A stretch of DNA of 54,653 nt. Origin: a virus (lineage: Duplodnaviria > Caudoviricetes). The DNA lies in the IMG/VR virus record IMGVR_UViG_3300043446_003430, positions 1 to 54,653 of that record. One strand, 5' to 3'. Each line of letters starts with the position of its first letter. The first letter of the stretch is position 1. Both the position numbers and the translations under genes were made by a program. Below are positions 17,888 through 28,668 of the stretch, piece by piece. The notes beneath the pieces are model-generated. The model did not search any database and was not told the origin of the DNA. It worked only from the letters and a program-made list of their open reading frames with translations.

Positions 17888-18235
17888 TTATTTACCAGTT
17901 TTTTTATCCGTATCTTCTTCTTTTTTCCTATTAGTGGCGTTTTTCTTGTCTTCTGTTTCTGGATTCCAATTAAACAATACTGGTGGAGTTGATTTCTTCC
18001 AACCGTTGGTGGCATCTCTTTTAAAATACCACAATATACATTTCTTGCGTTTTCTCTCCAATACTTCCTGATTGATGGCGCGGATGGTTCCTACAACCAA
18101 ATTTAGCGAACCATATGACACAGGTTCTCCCATATCACTGTCATATAATGCATATGTGGCTTCGCCCAATTCATACCAATAAAATATTGGTTCATCATAC
18201 CCTATTTCCTTCAGATGAACAGGCTTCTTCTTCAT
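17888..18235 (-). CDS. Hypothetical protein (115 aa)
   Basis: Intact ORF preceded by a late-type motif. Confidence 0.6.
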   Translation of the reverse strand: MKKKPVHLKEIGYDEPIFYWYELGEATYALYDSDMGEPVSYGSLNLVVGTIRAINQEVLERKRKKCILWYFKRDATNGWKKSTPPVLFNWNPETEDKKNATNRKKEEDTDKKTGK

Positions 18236-18250
18236 ATATACATAAATAGA

Positions 18251-18280
18251 AAGCCGTTGGAGTTTTCACCCCAACGGCTT
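18251..18280 (-). terminator. Intrinsic terminator
   Basis: aagccgttgg-10 nt loop-ccaacggctt, followed by a T-rich tract on the minus strand, downstream of the rIIA-rIIB-wHTH block. Confidence 0.75.
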
Positions 18281-18303
18281 GGACCATATCTTTATTTTAA
18301 CTA

Positions 18304-18666
18304 TTACTCTGCGGTGATACCGGCGGTAGGAGCAACAGCGGTGGGAGCCTTGACCTTCTTTTCAGACTTAACCTCGGCCACAGTGATAGCAGCCTTGGGT
18401 TCGTCGCTGACCAACACTCCAGCAGCCTTGGCGGCATCAAGAATGTCCTGAGTAGGATTCGCGGGAGCGAATACGATCTTCGGGCGACCGATGGCAGGCT
18501 TGATCTTGCCGATAGTTACGATCTCCTTGCTCTCGACTGCCTTCTTCACACGGAAGCGCAGCGTGATATTCACAACGTCCGGATATTTATTCTGGACATC
18601 GTCGATTGTAAAATGGCTCGTGGGCCATTGGATGTTAGTAGCGTTTTTCTTTTTTGTGTTTGCCAT
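18304..18666 (-). CDS. Putative winged-helix DNA-binding protein with Ala/Lys-rich tail
   Basis: FTIDDV..., ITLRFRVKKAV, and wing GRPKIVF. Confidence 0.55.
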   Translation of the reverse strand: MANTKKKNATNIQWPTSHFTIDDVQNKYPDVVNITLRFRVKKAVESKEIVTIGKIKPAIGRPKIVFAPANPTQDILDAAKAAGVLVSDEPKAAITVAEVKSEKKVKAPTAVAPTAGITAE

Positions 18667-18721
18667 ATGTTTATTTAGTTATTTGTTAATTATGTTTTGT
18701 TTTAGTTTACTTCACTAAGGT

Positions 18722-19759
18722 TTATTCGTTGTTGCGATAGCCTTCGGCATATCCATCACGATATGCATCGCTGGCGTCAGAATCAAGATTGGTCATATAT
18801 TCAAGACCAAAGTTTGCATCGTGCTTGCCCTGATCATATCCAGAAGTATATTCATCCTCGGATTCGCTATTGCAGGAGCAGCCGCAACCATCGGCACATT
18901 CGTCAGAGTAATCGGAATCATCATCGAATCCATAATCACCATCGGGCTCATCAGAATCCCAATCAGAATCAAATTCCTGCGCGTTGCTGGTGTATACAAC
19001 CTTGTCGAGTTCTTTTACAACGTCCTTAATTTCACTGACAACGACATACTCGCACACACGCATCTTGGTATGACCTTCATACTTAGGAACACTGACAACG
19101 TCCTTGGGATTGACCTTCACGATAAGAAGGCGATTTCCATCGGTGGCAGGAGCCTGTCCCTTGACGAAGTGACCGTAGCCAACAACATAGTCGAGTGCAC
19201 CAACGTGCAGACCATTGCTGCAATCCACGCCATAGTTGTCATCAACCATATTGCGGGGCATAGAAACAACGGCACCGATTGCGTTGTTGAACTTGCCGCT
19301 ATAAATATCGGTATAGTTGTTGCGAACAGCCTTGTAGGCGAGGAAACAACCGTCGTCGGTGATGGGAAGACCATAGTTCTCAAGGAACCAGTAAGTCTCA
19401 TCCACAGCACGCTTGCTGGGATTCTGCATAACATTTTCAAGGAACTTGATCATATGATCAAACTTGAAACCATCAGCCATCATCTTAAGGATGCGCTGGG
19501 TGAGCGTATTGCTCACAGCAAAGCCGCTGTAAAGAATCTCACCATTGACAACCGAGATTCGGCCAGAGGCATAATTAACAACAGCCTTGGCTACATTGAC
19601 CAGACTTTCAATATTAGAGAAATCACCGGCTTTGATGTTCTCAACGATTTTGTTATAATTGGGGTGGTCAGTCGCCACAGTAAGACACTCGCCATTAAGG
19701 TAGAGTGTCACGGAACCATTGGTCTTGATGACGTAGGGAATAGCAGTAGTATTATTCAT
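18722..19759 (-). CDS. rIIB: rIIB-like protein
   Basis: FLENVMQNPS, PITDDGCFLAYK, CSNGLHVG, VKVNPKDVVSVP, KMRVCEY. Adjacent to rIIA. Confidence 0.9.
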   Translation of the reverse strand: MNNTTAIPYVIKTNGSVTLYLNGECLTVATDHPNYNKIVENIKAGDFSNIESLVNVAKAVVNYASGRISVVNGEILYSGFAVSNTLTQRILKMMADGFKFDHMIKFLENVMQNPSKRAVDETYWFLENYGLPITDDGCFLAYKAVRNNYTDIYSGKFNNAIGAVVSMPRNMVDDNYGVDCSNGLHVGALDYVVGYGHFVKGQAPATDGNRLLIVKVNPKDVVSVPKYEGHTKMRVCEYVVVSEIKDVVKELDKVVYTSNAQEFDSDWDSDEPDGDYGFDDDSDYSDECADGCGCSCNSESEDEYTSGYDQGKHDANFGLEYMTNLDSDASDAYRDGYAEGYRNNE

Positions 19760-19819
19760 AAGAGTTCTTGATTTATACGGTCTATATTATGTAGATTTTA
19801 TTAATTTGTCAAATATATT

Positions 19820-21985
19820 TTAGGACTTTTCGTCGATAAAATTGATAACTTTATACAAAGAAGACGCCTTGTTGTGATATACTTCCATAACCTCAACGAT
19901 GCCGAAATACTTGGTATCAAGCATTTTCTTGAACGCGGCGAGGTCAATCGGAAGTTCCTTGTGCTTCTTGGGCGAAATACCAGCCATATTCATCAATACA
20001 GGATTGACGCGACTGATTGTATCGTTGGTCACCTTGACATATGTAGAAACAAAGGAACTAAACATATTGCGAGTAGCATCGTTCTTGATGTTGGCGATGA
20101 TGCTCGGATGATAAGACAGCTTTTGATAGACGTTGCAAAGGTCGGTAAACGCATTGCGCTGATTATGAATATAATATTTCTGTTCATACTTTTCTTTGTT
20201 GGCGGCGATGGTACTCTTGAACAGGGACAAGATATTCACCCAATTGCCAACCTTAAGAAGGTTCTTGTTCTTGGAATTGATACCATATACGATTTCTGAA
20301 GAAATAGCCTTCTCGGTGGCAAGCACGCTAATCACATCGTCCACGTGATCGCTGATATCCGAGTTGCCATCGACCGGATATGTGTAGTGAAAATCAAAGT
20401 AATAATATGTCTCGTTGGAATTGAACGTGCCAGCACGGCGAAGCCAATTAACCGAAGGGTGTCTGTTTTCGACGTTAGAGAAATCCTTGATGGAAGCCTG
20501 AAACACTTCATCGGTTCCAATCGCCTTCTTCACACGAGGAGACGGCGGCGGCTTGGGCAAAGACTCCACATTGAAAACATTGGCGTTATTCCAGCCAAAG
20601 TGATTCTTGATGGCAGCAAACTGCTTGCCATTGCTATCACTATCGATGAATACTCGGATGGTCGGGAAGTTCTTGTCTGTATAGTTCTGGTTGGCAAGGT
20701 GATGCAGAACGCGGGACTTTTTAAGGCTGTTATGTGTGGTGTGATAAACAAGCACATCCTTGCCATACACCGCCACAATATTGTCGATCTTGCGAACCTT
20801 GATCTTGTTGTTGCGAAGTTCGATGGCATACATATCCATCTTGCCACCAATTCCATTCAGAATAGTGTTTCGAAGCGAATAATTGGACACGTTGTTGCTG
20901 TCAATATTCTCGTTGTTGAAGGAAATCTTGATCTCGCCAACAATATTACGAAGACTGCTGAACGGACTTTCATACGAGTTATATTTCTGGTGCAAGCACA
21001 TCGCTTCCCAGCGGGACTTGGGAATTTCAATGTTCTTCTTGACACTCGCATTCAGTTCATCAAACGCAACCTTCATCGCGGAAATGATGGCAGAAGCGGT
21101 TGTATTGTTGGTGTCATCATACTGAAGCTGTTCCTTATTGGGAGCAACCTCAAGATCACCAATGTTGAAAAAGAAGTCGAACGAGCCGTATTCAAGCATA
21201 TTGCCAAGCTTGGCATCGTTTGAATTATACAAAGCACGGCGAATGATTGTGCTGGAGATGGGGTAGCAATAGTTGCCCATAAAGGCATACGATTGGCGAT
21301 TCTCATAGCGATTGGTGTGTTCACGCATACCCCAAGTCTTGCCTTGGTAGATATACTTGCGTTCAGGATAAGTGATGTTGGCACCCTTGATGACCGGACG
21401 ATAGCGGAACGGCTCATATGCGCGAGTAACCTTGTCAACCCACATCGAAATGTCGGCAATTTTGACGCCAAACTTCACCTCTACGCCATTGTGCTCGGTG
21501 GTGTCGGTAACAGCCATCTGCATAATATTGGGAGCACCAGCCTCGTCAATATAGCAATTATATACATACTTCTTGCCGTTGTAGAAAGAAGTGACAGTGA
21601 AATTCTCCGTATAGTTAAACGGAGTCTTGCTGCCCAGACCCATACAGCCATCGCTGTCATTATCGGCGGTCTTGGTAGACTCAAAGTAGGTGGTATAGAT
21701 GGTGTCAACAGCCTCGGGACTAAGACCAGTGCCAAAGTCACGAATGGCGAACCAAGGCTCAAGAGTATTTGGGGCGTGAACTTCAAACATCTGCTTGGTG
21801 TTACCAGCCTTAACGTGACTGTCCCACGCATTGGCACCAAGCTCACGCGGAATAGCGAGGATAGGCTCAGAATAGAATCCAGACAGAATCTTGAACGCTT
21901 TGGCGCTGGCCTTGATCTTGAAACGACTGGGAGCAGAGAGGACGCTGGTCAGAACAGGAGAAGAGACGGCTTCGTTGATAATCAT
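19820..21985 (-). CDS. rIIA: rIIA-like protein (GHKL/HSP90-like N-terminal domain)
   Basis: AFKILS..YS, RELGANAWDSH, IRDFGTGL, YFESTK, GCMGLGSK, NGVEV. Confidence 0.9.
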   Translation of the reverse strand: MIINEAVSSPVLTSVLSAPSRFKIKASAKAFKILSGFYSEPILAIPRELGANAWDSHVKAGNTKQMFEVHAPNTLEPWFAIRDFGTGLSPEAVDTIYTTYFESTKTADNDSDGCMGLGSKTPFNYTENFTVTSFYNGKKYVYNCYIDEAGAPNIMQMAVTDTTEHNGVEVKFGVKIADISMWVDKVTRAYEPFRYRPVIKGANITYPERKYIYQGKTWGMREHTNRYENRQSYAFMGNYCYPISSTIIRRALYNSNDAKLGNMLEYGSFDFFFNIGDLEVAPNKEQLQYDDTNNTTASAIISAMKVAFDELNASVKKNIEIPKSRWEAMCLHQKYNSYESPFSSLRNIVGEIKISFNNENIDSNNVSNYSLRNTILNGIGGKMDMYAIELRNNKIKVRKIDNIVAVYGKDVLVYHTTHNSLKKSRVLHHLANQNYTDKNFPTIRVFIDSDSNGKQFAAIKNHFGWNNANVFNVESLPKPPPSPRVKKAIGTDEVFQASIKDFSNVENRHPSVNWLRRAGTFNSNETYYYFDFHYTYPVDGNSDISDHVDDVISVLATEKAISSEIVYGINSKNKNLLKVGNWVNILSLFKSTIAANKEKYEQKYYIHNQRNAFTDLCNVYQKLSYHPSIIANIKNDATRNMFSSFVSTYVKVTNDTISRVNPVLMNMAGISPKKHKELPIDLAAFKKMLDTKYFGIVEVMEVYHNKASSLYKVINFIDEKS

Positions 21986-22054
21986 AATTGTTGTTGAATT
22001 ATGAGATCATTATGACCAAACAATATAAAAAGTCAATAACTTTTTATTAAAATA

Positions 22055-24115
22055 TTAGGTATTTGCCTTAGACAAAAACTTCTTGTTCAGAGTATGGGCG
22101 ATCTGAATAACGCTGTGAGTATCAATGAATTGCGCATCCTTGCCATACATGGTCTTGAAATTCTTTACATTCACAGGAGACATATGGCTGGCGTTTTCAA
22201 CATAATAGCTGATCACTTCCACTCCTTTTTCCATCATCTTGTTCACTTGCTTGCGGGTATGGCGCGAGGCAATATCGTGGAAATAACCAGGATTAAAAGC
22301 GGGTTCGCCATCAGACAAGTTTACAAAATAGCTATCCATTTCATATGTAGACTGGGGAATATGATCGAGAATCGCTTGGAACGCCAAACCTTCCGGAGTG
22401 GAACCGTTGGGATAAAGCATAGGGAACAGCGAAGTGATCTTGTTGAACTTGTCTTTGCGCGAATCATATGCGAGCACGATATACGGCACTTCACCGGAAC
22501 GACCACGAGATACGTGCACTCCGCTACGGAAAGAAATGCTCACTGACACGTTGTTGATCATACTCGCAGCCTTTGCGATGGCAACAAGAGTGGTCAGTGT
22601 CTTGTCCCACTTGCTTGCCATAGAAGAAGACGCATCAACGGAAATATGAAGATGAACATTCTTGTATTTATCAACAGCGGTCTGATAGAACAGATTATCC
22701 GCCTGATATCCAAGACCGGAAATCAATCGCTTGTCGATCTTGCCTCTTTCAAGACGAGTGAATTTGGTGGTCTTTACCTCCGAACGAATCTGTAGACGAC
22801 GACCAAGCATAGTACCAAGTTCTACTCCAGCCTTAACACCTCTTGCGGCAATAGGATTTTCCGAAGAACAAGAATATTCGCTGGTGTATGGAAATTCCTT
22901 GGTAGTCATCAGTTCCTTGGTCATATTGGTGACCACAACGCAATCCACCTTTGGAACACCCTCTTCTCCTCCAACTGACACCATATTCACTCCGCTCTTT
23001 TCAAGCGCCTGTAGCTTGCTCAATACCTTATTGTCGAACGGAACCTTGATGTTCGTGCGATTGATTAGCGATTCCTGTTTTTGCAGGATTTTTTCCAGTC
23101 GCTTGATTTTCTTTTCAGACAATCCCGCATAATCATCTTCCTTCTCGGGCTTTTCTTCTGACTTCTGCGGAGATGTGTTGGAACTTTCTGTTCCACCAAG
23201 AATGTCGTCAATATCAGAAGAAGTGCTGTCCTGCTGACCTTGACTTTCTCCAGTATCGGAAATATCTCCGGAGTCATCCGTCGAATCATCCGAAGACTGC
23301 TCACCATCGGACTCGTCGTCGGAATCGCCTGAGCCAGAGCCTCCGGAAGATTGCTTATCTGTGTTGTCCTTCTCCGAAGTGACATCATTCATGATTTCTT
23401 CCACAATCTTAAGCGAAAGATCAAGACGACCCTGCGGGGTGGAAAGTTCGTCGCGCAGAATATTGTTCAGATCAAGAAGTTCGTAGATCTTGCGAAGACG
23501 AGGAAGTGCATCAAGGTCTGTATTCTTGTTTGTGAGATTAACAAAGCGGAACTTATAGCTCTTGATGGTGGATGTGCGAAACGCTTCAGACTTCAATCCC
23601 TGAGCGATTTCGGGAAGATTGAAATAACGATCATACAGAGCAAGATAATATCCACGATAACCCGGTGCGTTCTGGTATACCCAAGCGTCGATATAACGGT
23701 CTTCGACGACATTAAGGATATACTTGCAGAAGTCTCCCAGTTCGTTGTAATTGAATTTTCCCTTGGCGGCTTCAGTAACGCTCTTGGGTAATTTTCCCCA
23801 AAGCATCTTGATGAGGGTAAAGTCGGACTTCACGATGTGTGCGGCTTCGTGAAGAGCGAGACCCACCGTGGGGTCGAACTCTCCCTTGGCAAGCTCGCCA
23901 CCGATATACACTACCTTGCCATCTGTCATCGAAGTGCTCTTGTCCGCAAATCGGACAGGAATGCTCTTGCCAGTCAGAATATAGACAAAGTTGCTGATGG
24001 CTCGGCGGTAGCCAGCCAATTTAAGCAGACCATATGTGGACTCCACATCCAGCTTTTCGGTGGAGAAATCCTCACCAAGCCAGAACTTAGAATACTCTGT
24101 GTATTTTTCTTTCAT
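22055..24115 (-). CDS. CobT-like protein: HExxH domain, acidic linker and VWA domain
   Basis: HEAAH, NVVEDRYID, MIDAS DASSSM, TPEG, SDGEP. Confidence 0.85.
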   Translation of the reverse strand: MKEKYTEYSKFWLGEDFSTEKLDVESTYGLLKLAGYRRAISNFVYILTGKSIPVRFADKSTSMTDGKVVYIGGELAKGEFDPTVGLALHEAAHIVKSDFTLIKMLWGKLPKSVTEAAKGKFNYNELGDFCKYILNVVEDRYIDAWVYQNAPGYRGYYLALYDRYFNLPEIAQGLKSEAFRTSTIKSYKFRFVNLTNKNTDLDALPRLRKIYELLDLNNILRDELSTPQGRLDLSLKIVEEIMNDVTSEKDNTDKQSSGGSGSGDSDDESDGEQSSDDSTDDSGDISDTGESQGQQDSTSSDIDDILGGTESSNTSPQKSEEKPEKEDDYAGLSEKKIKRLEKILQKQESLINRTNIKVPFDNKVLSKLQALEKSGVNMVSVGGEEGVPKVDCVVVTNMTKELMTTKEFPYTSEYSCSSENPIAARGVKAGVELGTMLGRRLQIRSEVKTTKFTRLERGKIDKRLISGLGYQADNLFYQTAVDKYKNVHLHISVDASSSMASKWDKTLTTLVAIAKAASMINNVSVSISFRSGVHVSRGRSGEVPYIVLAYDSRKDKFNKITSLFPMLYPNGSTPEGLAFQAILDHIPQSTYEMDSYFVNLSDGEPAFNPGYFHDIASRHTRKQVNKMMEKGVEVISYYVENASHMSPVNVKNFKTMYGKDAQFIDTHSVIQIAHTLNKKFLSKANT

Positions 24116-24117
24116 TA

Positions 24118-25062
24118 TCAGAACGGGGTAACGCTCTTGTCGTCGTTCTTGTAAAGATTTTCAATAGGTACGTTTTCGGAAGAAATATACTTTTGCACGA
24201 TCTGCTTCACCATAGTGCGTTCGCTGTCAACACCACCATCGTCAGGATAGTCAGGATAGATGATGCTCTCAGCAAGTTCAATCAACTTGAAGCCATCAGT
24301 AGTAAGCTCTGCCATCTCTTTTACGCTGCGGGTGGAGATGAACTTGGAAAGCTTTCCTTGTGTGGCAAACTCTCGTGTAGCAGCGGCGATTTCAGTAACC
24401 GCAAGCATAATACCCATATCCGCATCGGGGCAGTGTTCCTTCAACAGTTCCATTTCGGAGTTTTGCGAAAGAATGTCAACCTCAATCTTGACGGTAAAGC
24501 GATCAAGCAAAGCCTTGTCCATCACGCGGGTAGCAGTATATTCATTGCCGACATTGGCGGTAGCGATAAAGCACACACCATCAGCGACTTGAACCTTCTC
24601 ACTACCAAGCTTCTCGTCGAGACGAAGATATCGCTGAATATAGTCAAGCGGAGTCAACAGAATGTTCCAAGCATCGGGGTGAGCGCGAGAAAGCTCGTCA
24701 AGGTGAATGATGCTATTGGGGGTGCGAAGAGCTTTAACAAACGGAGACTCGTCGAACAATGTGCCAGTATCCTTGTTGAAATGGGTGTTGCCAATTAATG
24801 TGGCACGAGGATCTTGGGTGGCTCCCATATTAAGATAGAAATAATCGTTCCGGCGACCAAGAGCATCTACAAGGCATTGAATAGCATATGTCTTACCGTG
24901 ACCAGAAGGACCAACGATGAGGATGTTCTTGCCGCGTAAAGCACTACGAACAAGATACTTCCATTTAAGCTCCTTCATAAAAAGCTTAGACGGTTTAATG
25001 TCAATCGCATTAGCAACCGTGTTTTTGATGTCGGAAGTCATAGGCTTTTTGCTCTTATTCAT
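24118..25062 (-). CDS. MoxR/CbbQ-type AAA+ ATPase
   Basis: GPSGHGKT, LDELSR, ATAN, DKALLDRF, STR. Paired with the VWA gene. Confidence 0.9.
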   Translation of the reverse strand: MNKSKKPMTSDIKNTVANAIDIKPSKLFMKELKWKYLVRSALRGKNILIVGPSGHGKTYAIQCLVDALGRRNDYFYLNMGATQDPRATLIGNTHFNKDTGTLFDESPFVKALRTPNSIIHLDELSRAHPDAWNILLTPLDYIQRYLRLDEKLGSEKVQVADGVCFIATANVGNEYTATRVMDKALLDRFTVKIEVDILSQNSEMELLKEHCPDADMGIMLAVTEIAAATREFATQGKLSKFISTRSVKEMAELTTDGFKLIELAESIIYPDYPDDGGVDSERTMVKQIVQKYISSENVPIENLYKNDDKSVTPF

Positions 25063-25099
25063 ATATAGACACTATGAACACTTTTTATACAAAGTCAAT

Positions 25100-25125
25100 A
25101 AAAAACCCTCGATTTCGAGGGTTTT
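25100..25125 (-). terminator. Intrinsic terminator
   Basis: aaaaccctcg...cgagggtttt with T-tract. Confidence 0.8.
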
Positions 25126-25151
25126 AGAAGTTATTGATTATCAATCGTTGA

Positions 25152-25865
25152 TTATGACTTCTTTTCTTTTAGAGCAGGAGTATCTTTTAGTTTAACGGAA
25201 AGCTTATCTGGACTTTCTGTATCCTTGTCGTGCTTTAGATATGCACTCTTTGGTTCTGCTTTATTTTTATCTTTTAAGACTTTGTCTACAATCTTTTCAA
25301 TCTTATCTACGATATTTCCACCAAGTGCTGGTGCTACATCTTTGTTAATAGGAGCATTTTCCTTGTTTGCTTTTTCTTCTGCCTTTACGTCTGTCTTGTC
25401 CGCGATGTCAACTTGTCTTTCTTCGTCAACATCGTCCATTTTGTCGGCTTCATTGGCTTCTTCCTTCTCGGATGGCTTCTTTCCAAATCCCTTTAAGCTC
25501 TTGTCATATGCTTTCTGAACATATGTCTTTTCGCTATCCTTGGCGTGTTGCTTTACAAGTTCCATCGCTGCTTCTAATGAGATTCCACGAGCAATCTTTC
25601 TTTCCGACTCGTTGGTTACGGAAACAACATCATAGCAATCTTCTGCGTTCTTTGTGACTTCGGCGGTCTGTTTTTCTGTTGCTCCTGCGGTCTTATTTGT
25701 GCCGTGGATTTGACGAACATTGGCATCTTTGCCCATAGCCTTGATCAGTGCTTCTTCAGCATTCTTGTCTTTTTTGTCTGTATGAATTGGTGTACCAAAC
25801 TGGTTATTGGTGATTTCTTGGATGACAAGTTTCTTGATGGCTTTTTTTAGAAGATCTCTATTCAT
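25152..25865 (-). CDS. Lys/Glu-rich hypothetical protein with shared N-terminal leader
   Basis: MNRDLLKKAIKKLVIQE leader; has its own late motif and terminator. Confidence 0.7.
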   Translation of the reverse strand: MNRDLLKKAIKKLVIQEITNNQFGTPIHTDKKDKNAEEALIKAMGKDANVRQIHGTNKTAGATEKQTAEVTKNAEDCYDVVSVTNESERKIARGISLEAAMELVKQHAKDSEKTYVQKAYDKSLKGFGKKPSEKEEANEADKMDDVDEERQVDIADKTDVKAEEKANKENAPINKDVAPALGGNIVDKIEKIVDKVLKDKNKAEPKSAYLKHDKDTESPDKLSVKLKDTPALKEKKS

Positions 25866-25908
25866 AAATAAAAATATATATGGTTTAATATAAATAGTAG
25901 ATTATAAC

Positions 25909-25935
25909 AAAAAACCGCCATATTACAGGCGGTTT
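25909..25935 (-). terminator. Intrinsic terminator after nrdA
   Basis: aaaccgcc...ggcggttt with T-tract on the minus strand. Confidence 0.8.
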
Positions 25936-25952
25936 GATGTGTTTTTATAATC

Positions 25953-27602
25953 TTAAGCTTCGCAGCTCTTACATTCTAGGATACTTCGTCCAAGCTCTTG
26001 TGCTGGGTTTGTACCACGTTGGTAATAAAGGCACTTTATACCATTCTCCCAAGCGAATATAAGCAGCTGATTTACATCTTTGACCGGAGTCTTAGGATGA
26101 ATCATCAGGTTCAAGGATTGACCTTGATCGATATATTTCTGACGTGCAGCCGCTTGGATAATGATTTCCTTTTGAGAGATTTCACCAAATGTCTTGAATA
26201 CTTCCTTTTCGTGTTCGGACAGGAACTCAAGATGCTGCACAGAACCACCCTTAAGAAGGATGCTCTTCCAAACATCGGCATTGTTCTTGTCGTGCTTGTT
26301 CAATACAGCTTCCAGATAAGGATTGCGATATGTGAACTTGCCCTTAGCAAGATCCTTTGTATAATAATTGCTGTTTAGTGGCTCAATGCTTGGTGAGACT
26401 TGACCAAGAATGAATGAACTGCTGGTTGTTGGAGCAATAGCCATTGTAGTGACATTGCGACGACCCTGTCCCTTCAGTAAGGCGGGTTCACCATACTCTT
26501 CAGCCATTTGCTTACTTGCGGCATAACTCTTGTCACGAATCAAACGATGAATTTGTGTGTTCAGGAATTTGGCTTCCATACTTTCGAATGGAATCATCTT
26601 GCTTTGCAGGAATGAATGCCAGCCAAGAACACCAATACCAAGTGCTCGTTGGTTCTTGGCGAAGTTGTGAGCAGCTTTCAGGAATGGAATATTTTCGGTC
26701 GCCTGAATATAATCTTCCATTACAGCGTCGAGGAAGTATGTCATTGTCTCGACAGCATCGGTAGATTTCCAATCTTCATAATGAAGCAGATTCATAGAAG
26801 ACAGATTGCAAACAAATGTTTCGTCGGCAGAAGAACTCAAGCAGATTTCAGAACAAAGATTGGAAGCGTGAATCTTCATCTTCTTTTCCTTGTATACTTC
26901 TGGCGCGTTGTCATTTACATTATCTGTAAAGAAAATGTATGGATATCCGCTTTCAAAGCGCTTCTTAAGAACTTTGGCCCAAACGGTGCGAGCATCCTTG
27001 TCGCCATCAATCATCTTCTTCATAAACTTGTTACCGACACAAACGCCGATGCTCAAGTCTTGAATAGCATGACCTTCTTCACGAATGCCAAGGAACTCCA
27101 TGATGTCCGGATGTTCGATTGGAAGATAAGCAGCAAAACTACCACGGCGAACGTTTGACTGCGATACCACGCGAGTAACGGCGTCAAACATTTCCATAAA
27201 ATGAACTGGTCCAGAACTTGTGCCACCAACGCTAATTGGTGTTCCTCTGCTGCGAAGATCGCCAAAATAACCGGATGTGCCAGCGCCATACTTTGTAAGC
27301 ATACCGACTTCAGCAGTCTTTTCCAAGATTGCGTTCATCGTGTCTGATACATAAGACCCGTTACAAGATATAGACAATCCTCGTCCGTTTCCAAAGTTTG
27401 CCCAAACAGGAGATGATAAACTATACCATCCCTTGTGCATATAAGATTCAAACTTTTCAGCGAATCCTTTCTTCTTTAGAATTTTTTCGGCGGCTTTGGC
27501 AATCTCGTGGATGCGTTCTTCCGCTGTTTGTCCTTTGGGCAAATAGCCTCTTTCAAGGAATGTGATGCTGTCCTTGTTCAGCCAATAGATATCCTTACTC
27601 AT
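25953..27602 (-). CDS. nrdA: Ribonucleotide reductase class I alpha subunit (short form, no ATP cone)
   Basis: SSPVWAN, ISC, SNLCSEI, CNLSS, APTTSSS, DQGQSLN, LYY, C-terminal CKSC. Confidence 0.95.
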   Translation of the reverse strand: MSKDIYWLNKDSITFLERGYLPKGQTAEERIHEIAKAAEKILKKKGFAEKFESYMHKGWYSLSSPVWANFGNGRGLSISCNGSYVSDTMNAILEKTAEVGMLTKYGAGTSGYFGDLRSRGTPISVGGTSSGPVHFMEMFDAVTRVVSQSNVRRGSFAAYLPIEHPDIMEFLGIREEGHAIQDLSIGVCVGNKFMKKMIDGDKDARTVWAKVLKKRFESGYPYIFFTDNVNDNAPEVYKEKKMKIHASNLCSEICLSSSADETFVCNLSSMNLLHYEDWKSTDAVETMTYFLDAVMEDYIQATENIPFLKAAHNFAKNQRALGIGVLGWHSFLQSKMIPFESMEAKFLNTQIHRLIRDKSYAASKQMAEEYGEPALLKGQGRRNVTTMAIAPTTSSSFILGQVSPSIEPLNSNYYTKDLAKGKFTYRNPYLEAVLNKHDKNNADVWKSILLKGGSVQHLEFLSEHEKEVFKTFGEISQKEIIIQAAARQKYIDQGQSLNLMIHPKTPVKDVNQLLIFAWENGIKCLYYQRGTNPAQELGRSILECKSCEA

Positions 27603-27606
27603 AAAA

Positions 27607-28581
27607 TTAAAATAGGTCGTCTGCTTGAATAGATTGTGTCTTCTTTGCGTATTCGACTGGTCTCTTGTGGAAGAAATCAGTCATAGTGTTGCCCATTACA
27701 TCCTCATCCATCCAAGTAGTCAATTCAATAATAGTAGGATCTACTTCAAATATTTTCTTGAATCCAATCATCTCAAGTGAGTCATTTAGACGCTTCTGTA
27801 CATATCCCTTAAGAATATCTGCACTGATCTTATCATCCTTATAATCACCGATCATCCAATCAATGATCTTGGATTCGGCTATATATGATTGTTCAGCTTC
27901 GTGAAGAATCTTGGCTTCAAGCTCTTCATCAAATAATTCAGGCAGTTCTGAACGGATTGTGTTTACGATTCTGACGCCAGCAAGAGCGTGCAATGTTTCT
28001 TCTTTGGCGGTATATGCGACTTGCTGTGCTGTATCCTTAAGCAGACCCTTGTAACGGTTAAACCAATTAATAATGTAAAATTGGCTGAACAGGGACACGT
28101 TTTCTACATACAATGTGAAAAGAATAAGCGAGTATATATACTGCTTGCGGTTGTCTGTATATACTTTGTCAAGATACTTGCGTAGATATTTCACGCGACC
28201 TTGAATAATATCAAGCTTCAGATTTTCCTCGAACACATCCTGCATCTGTAGCACATCCAATAGTTTTTCATATGCATTGTTATGAATAACTTCAATGTTG
28301 CTCATAGTAATGCCAAGATCACTCAATGCTGGATGGGGCAATACATCACCGAGCTTCGCCCAAAATTTCTTCACGGATATTTCTATCTGTCCAATCGCGC
28401 TAAGAGCATTCTTGATTATCACCTGCTCCTGTGGAGTAAGTTCCGTTTTATATTGTTGTAGATCGCTTGTGAATGTAAATTCATTTGGAGTCCAGTGTCC
28501 TGCCCACATCGCGTCTATATATTCCTGCGCCCAAGGATATCTGTTCGGTTTGCGCGCAATTTGTTCGTCAAAAATGTTCAT
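27607..28581 (-). CDS. nrdB: Ribonucleotide reductase class I beta subunit
   Basis: W..NEF, EVIHNNAY, ENVSLFSQF, KEETLH, DFF..RPVEY. Confidence 0.95.
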   Translation of the reverse strand: MNIFDEQIARKPNRYPWAQEYIDAMWAGHWTPNEFTFTSDLQQYKTELTPQEQVIIKNALSAIGQIEISVKKFWAKLGDVLPHPALSDLGITMSNIEVIHNNAYEKLLDVLQMQDVFEENLKLDIIQGRVKYLRKYLDKVYTDNRKQYIYSLILFTLYVENVSLFSQFYIINWFNRYKGLLKDTAQQVAYTAKEETLHALAGVRIVNTIRSELPELFDEELEAKILHEAEQSYIAESKIIDWMIGDYKDDKISADILKGYVQKRLNDSLEMIGFKKIFEVDPTIIELTTWMDEDVMGNTMTDFFHKRPVEYAKKTQSIQADDLF

Positions 28582-28668
28582 AAAAGTTCCTCCTGTTGGT
28601 TCGGTTGTGTGGAGAATAAATACAGCTTATAAAAAATAATTGTTATAAAAAAATTTTAGAAAATTTTA

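Noticed and set aside
18821-21997. Long plus-strand ORFs (316, 292, 234 aa) opposite rIIA/rIIB; similar ones at 6270-6863, 9890-10657, 24193-24798 and 29191-29814
   Set aside because: Antisense shadows of well-conserved genes caused by codon bias; no motifs or expression signals.
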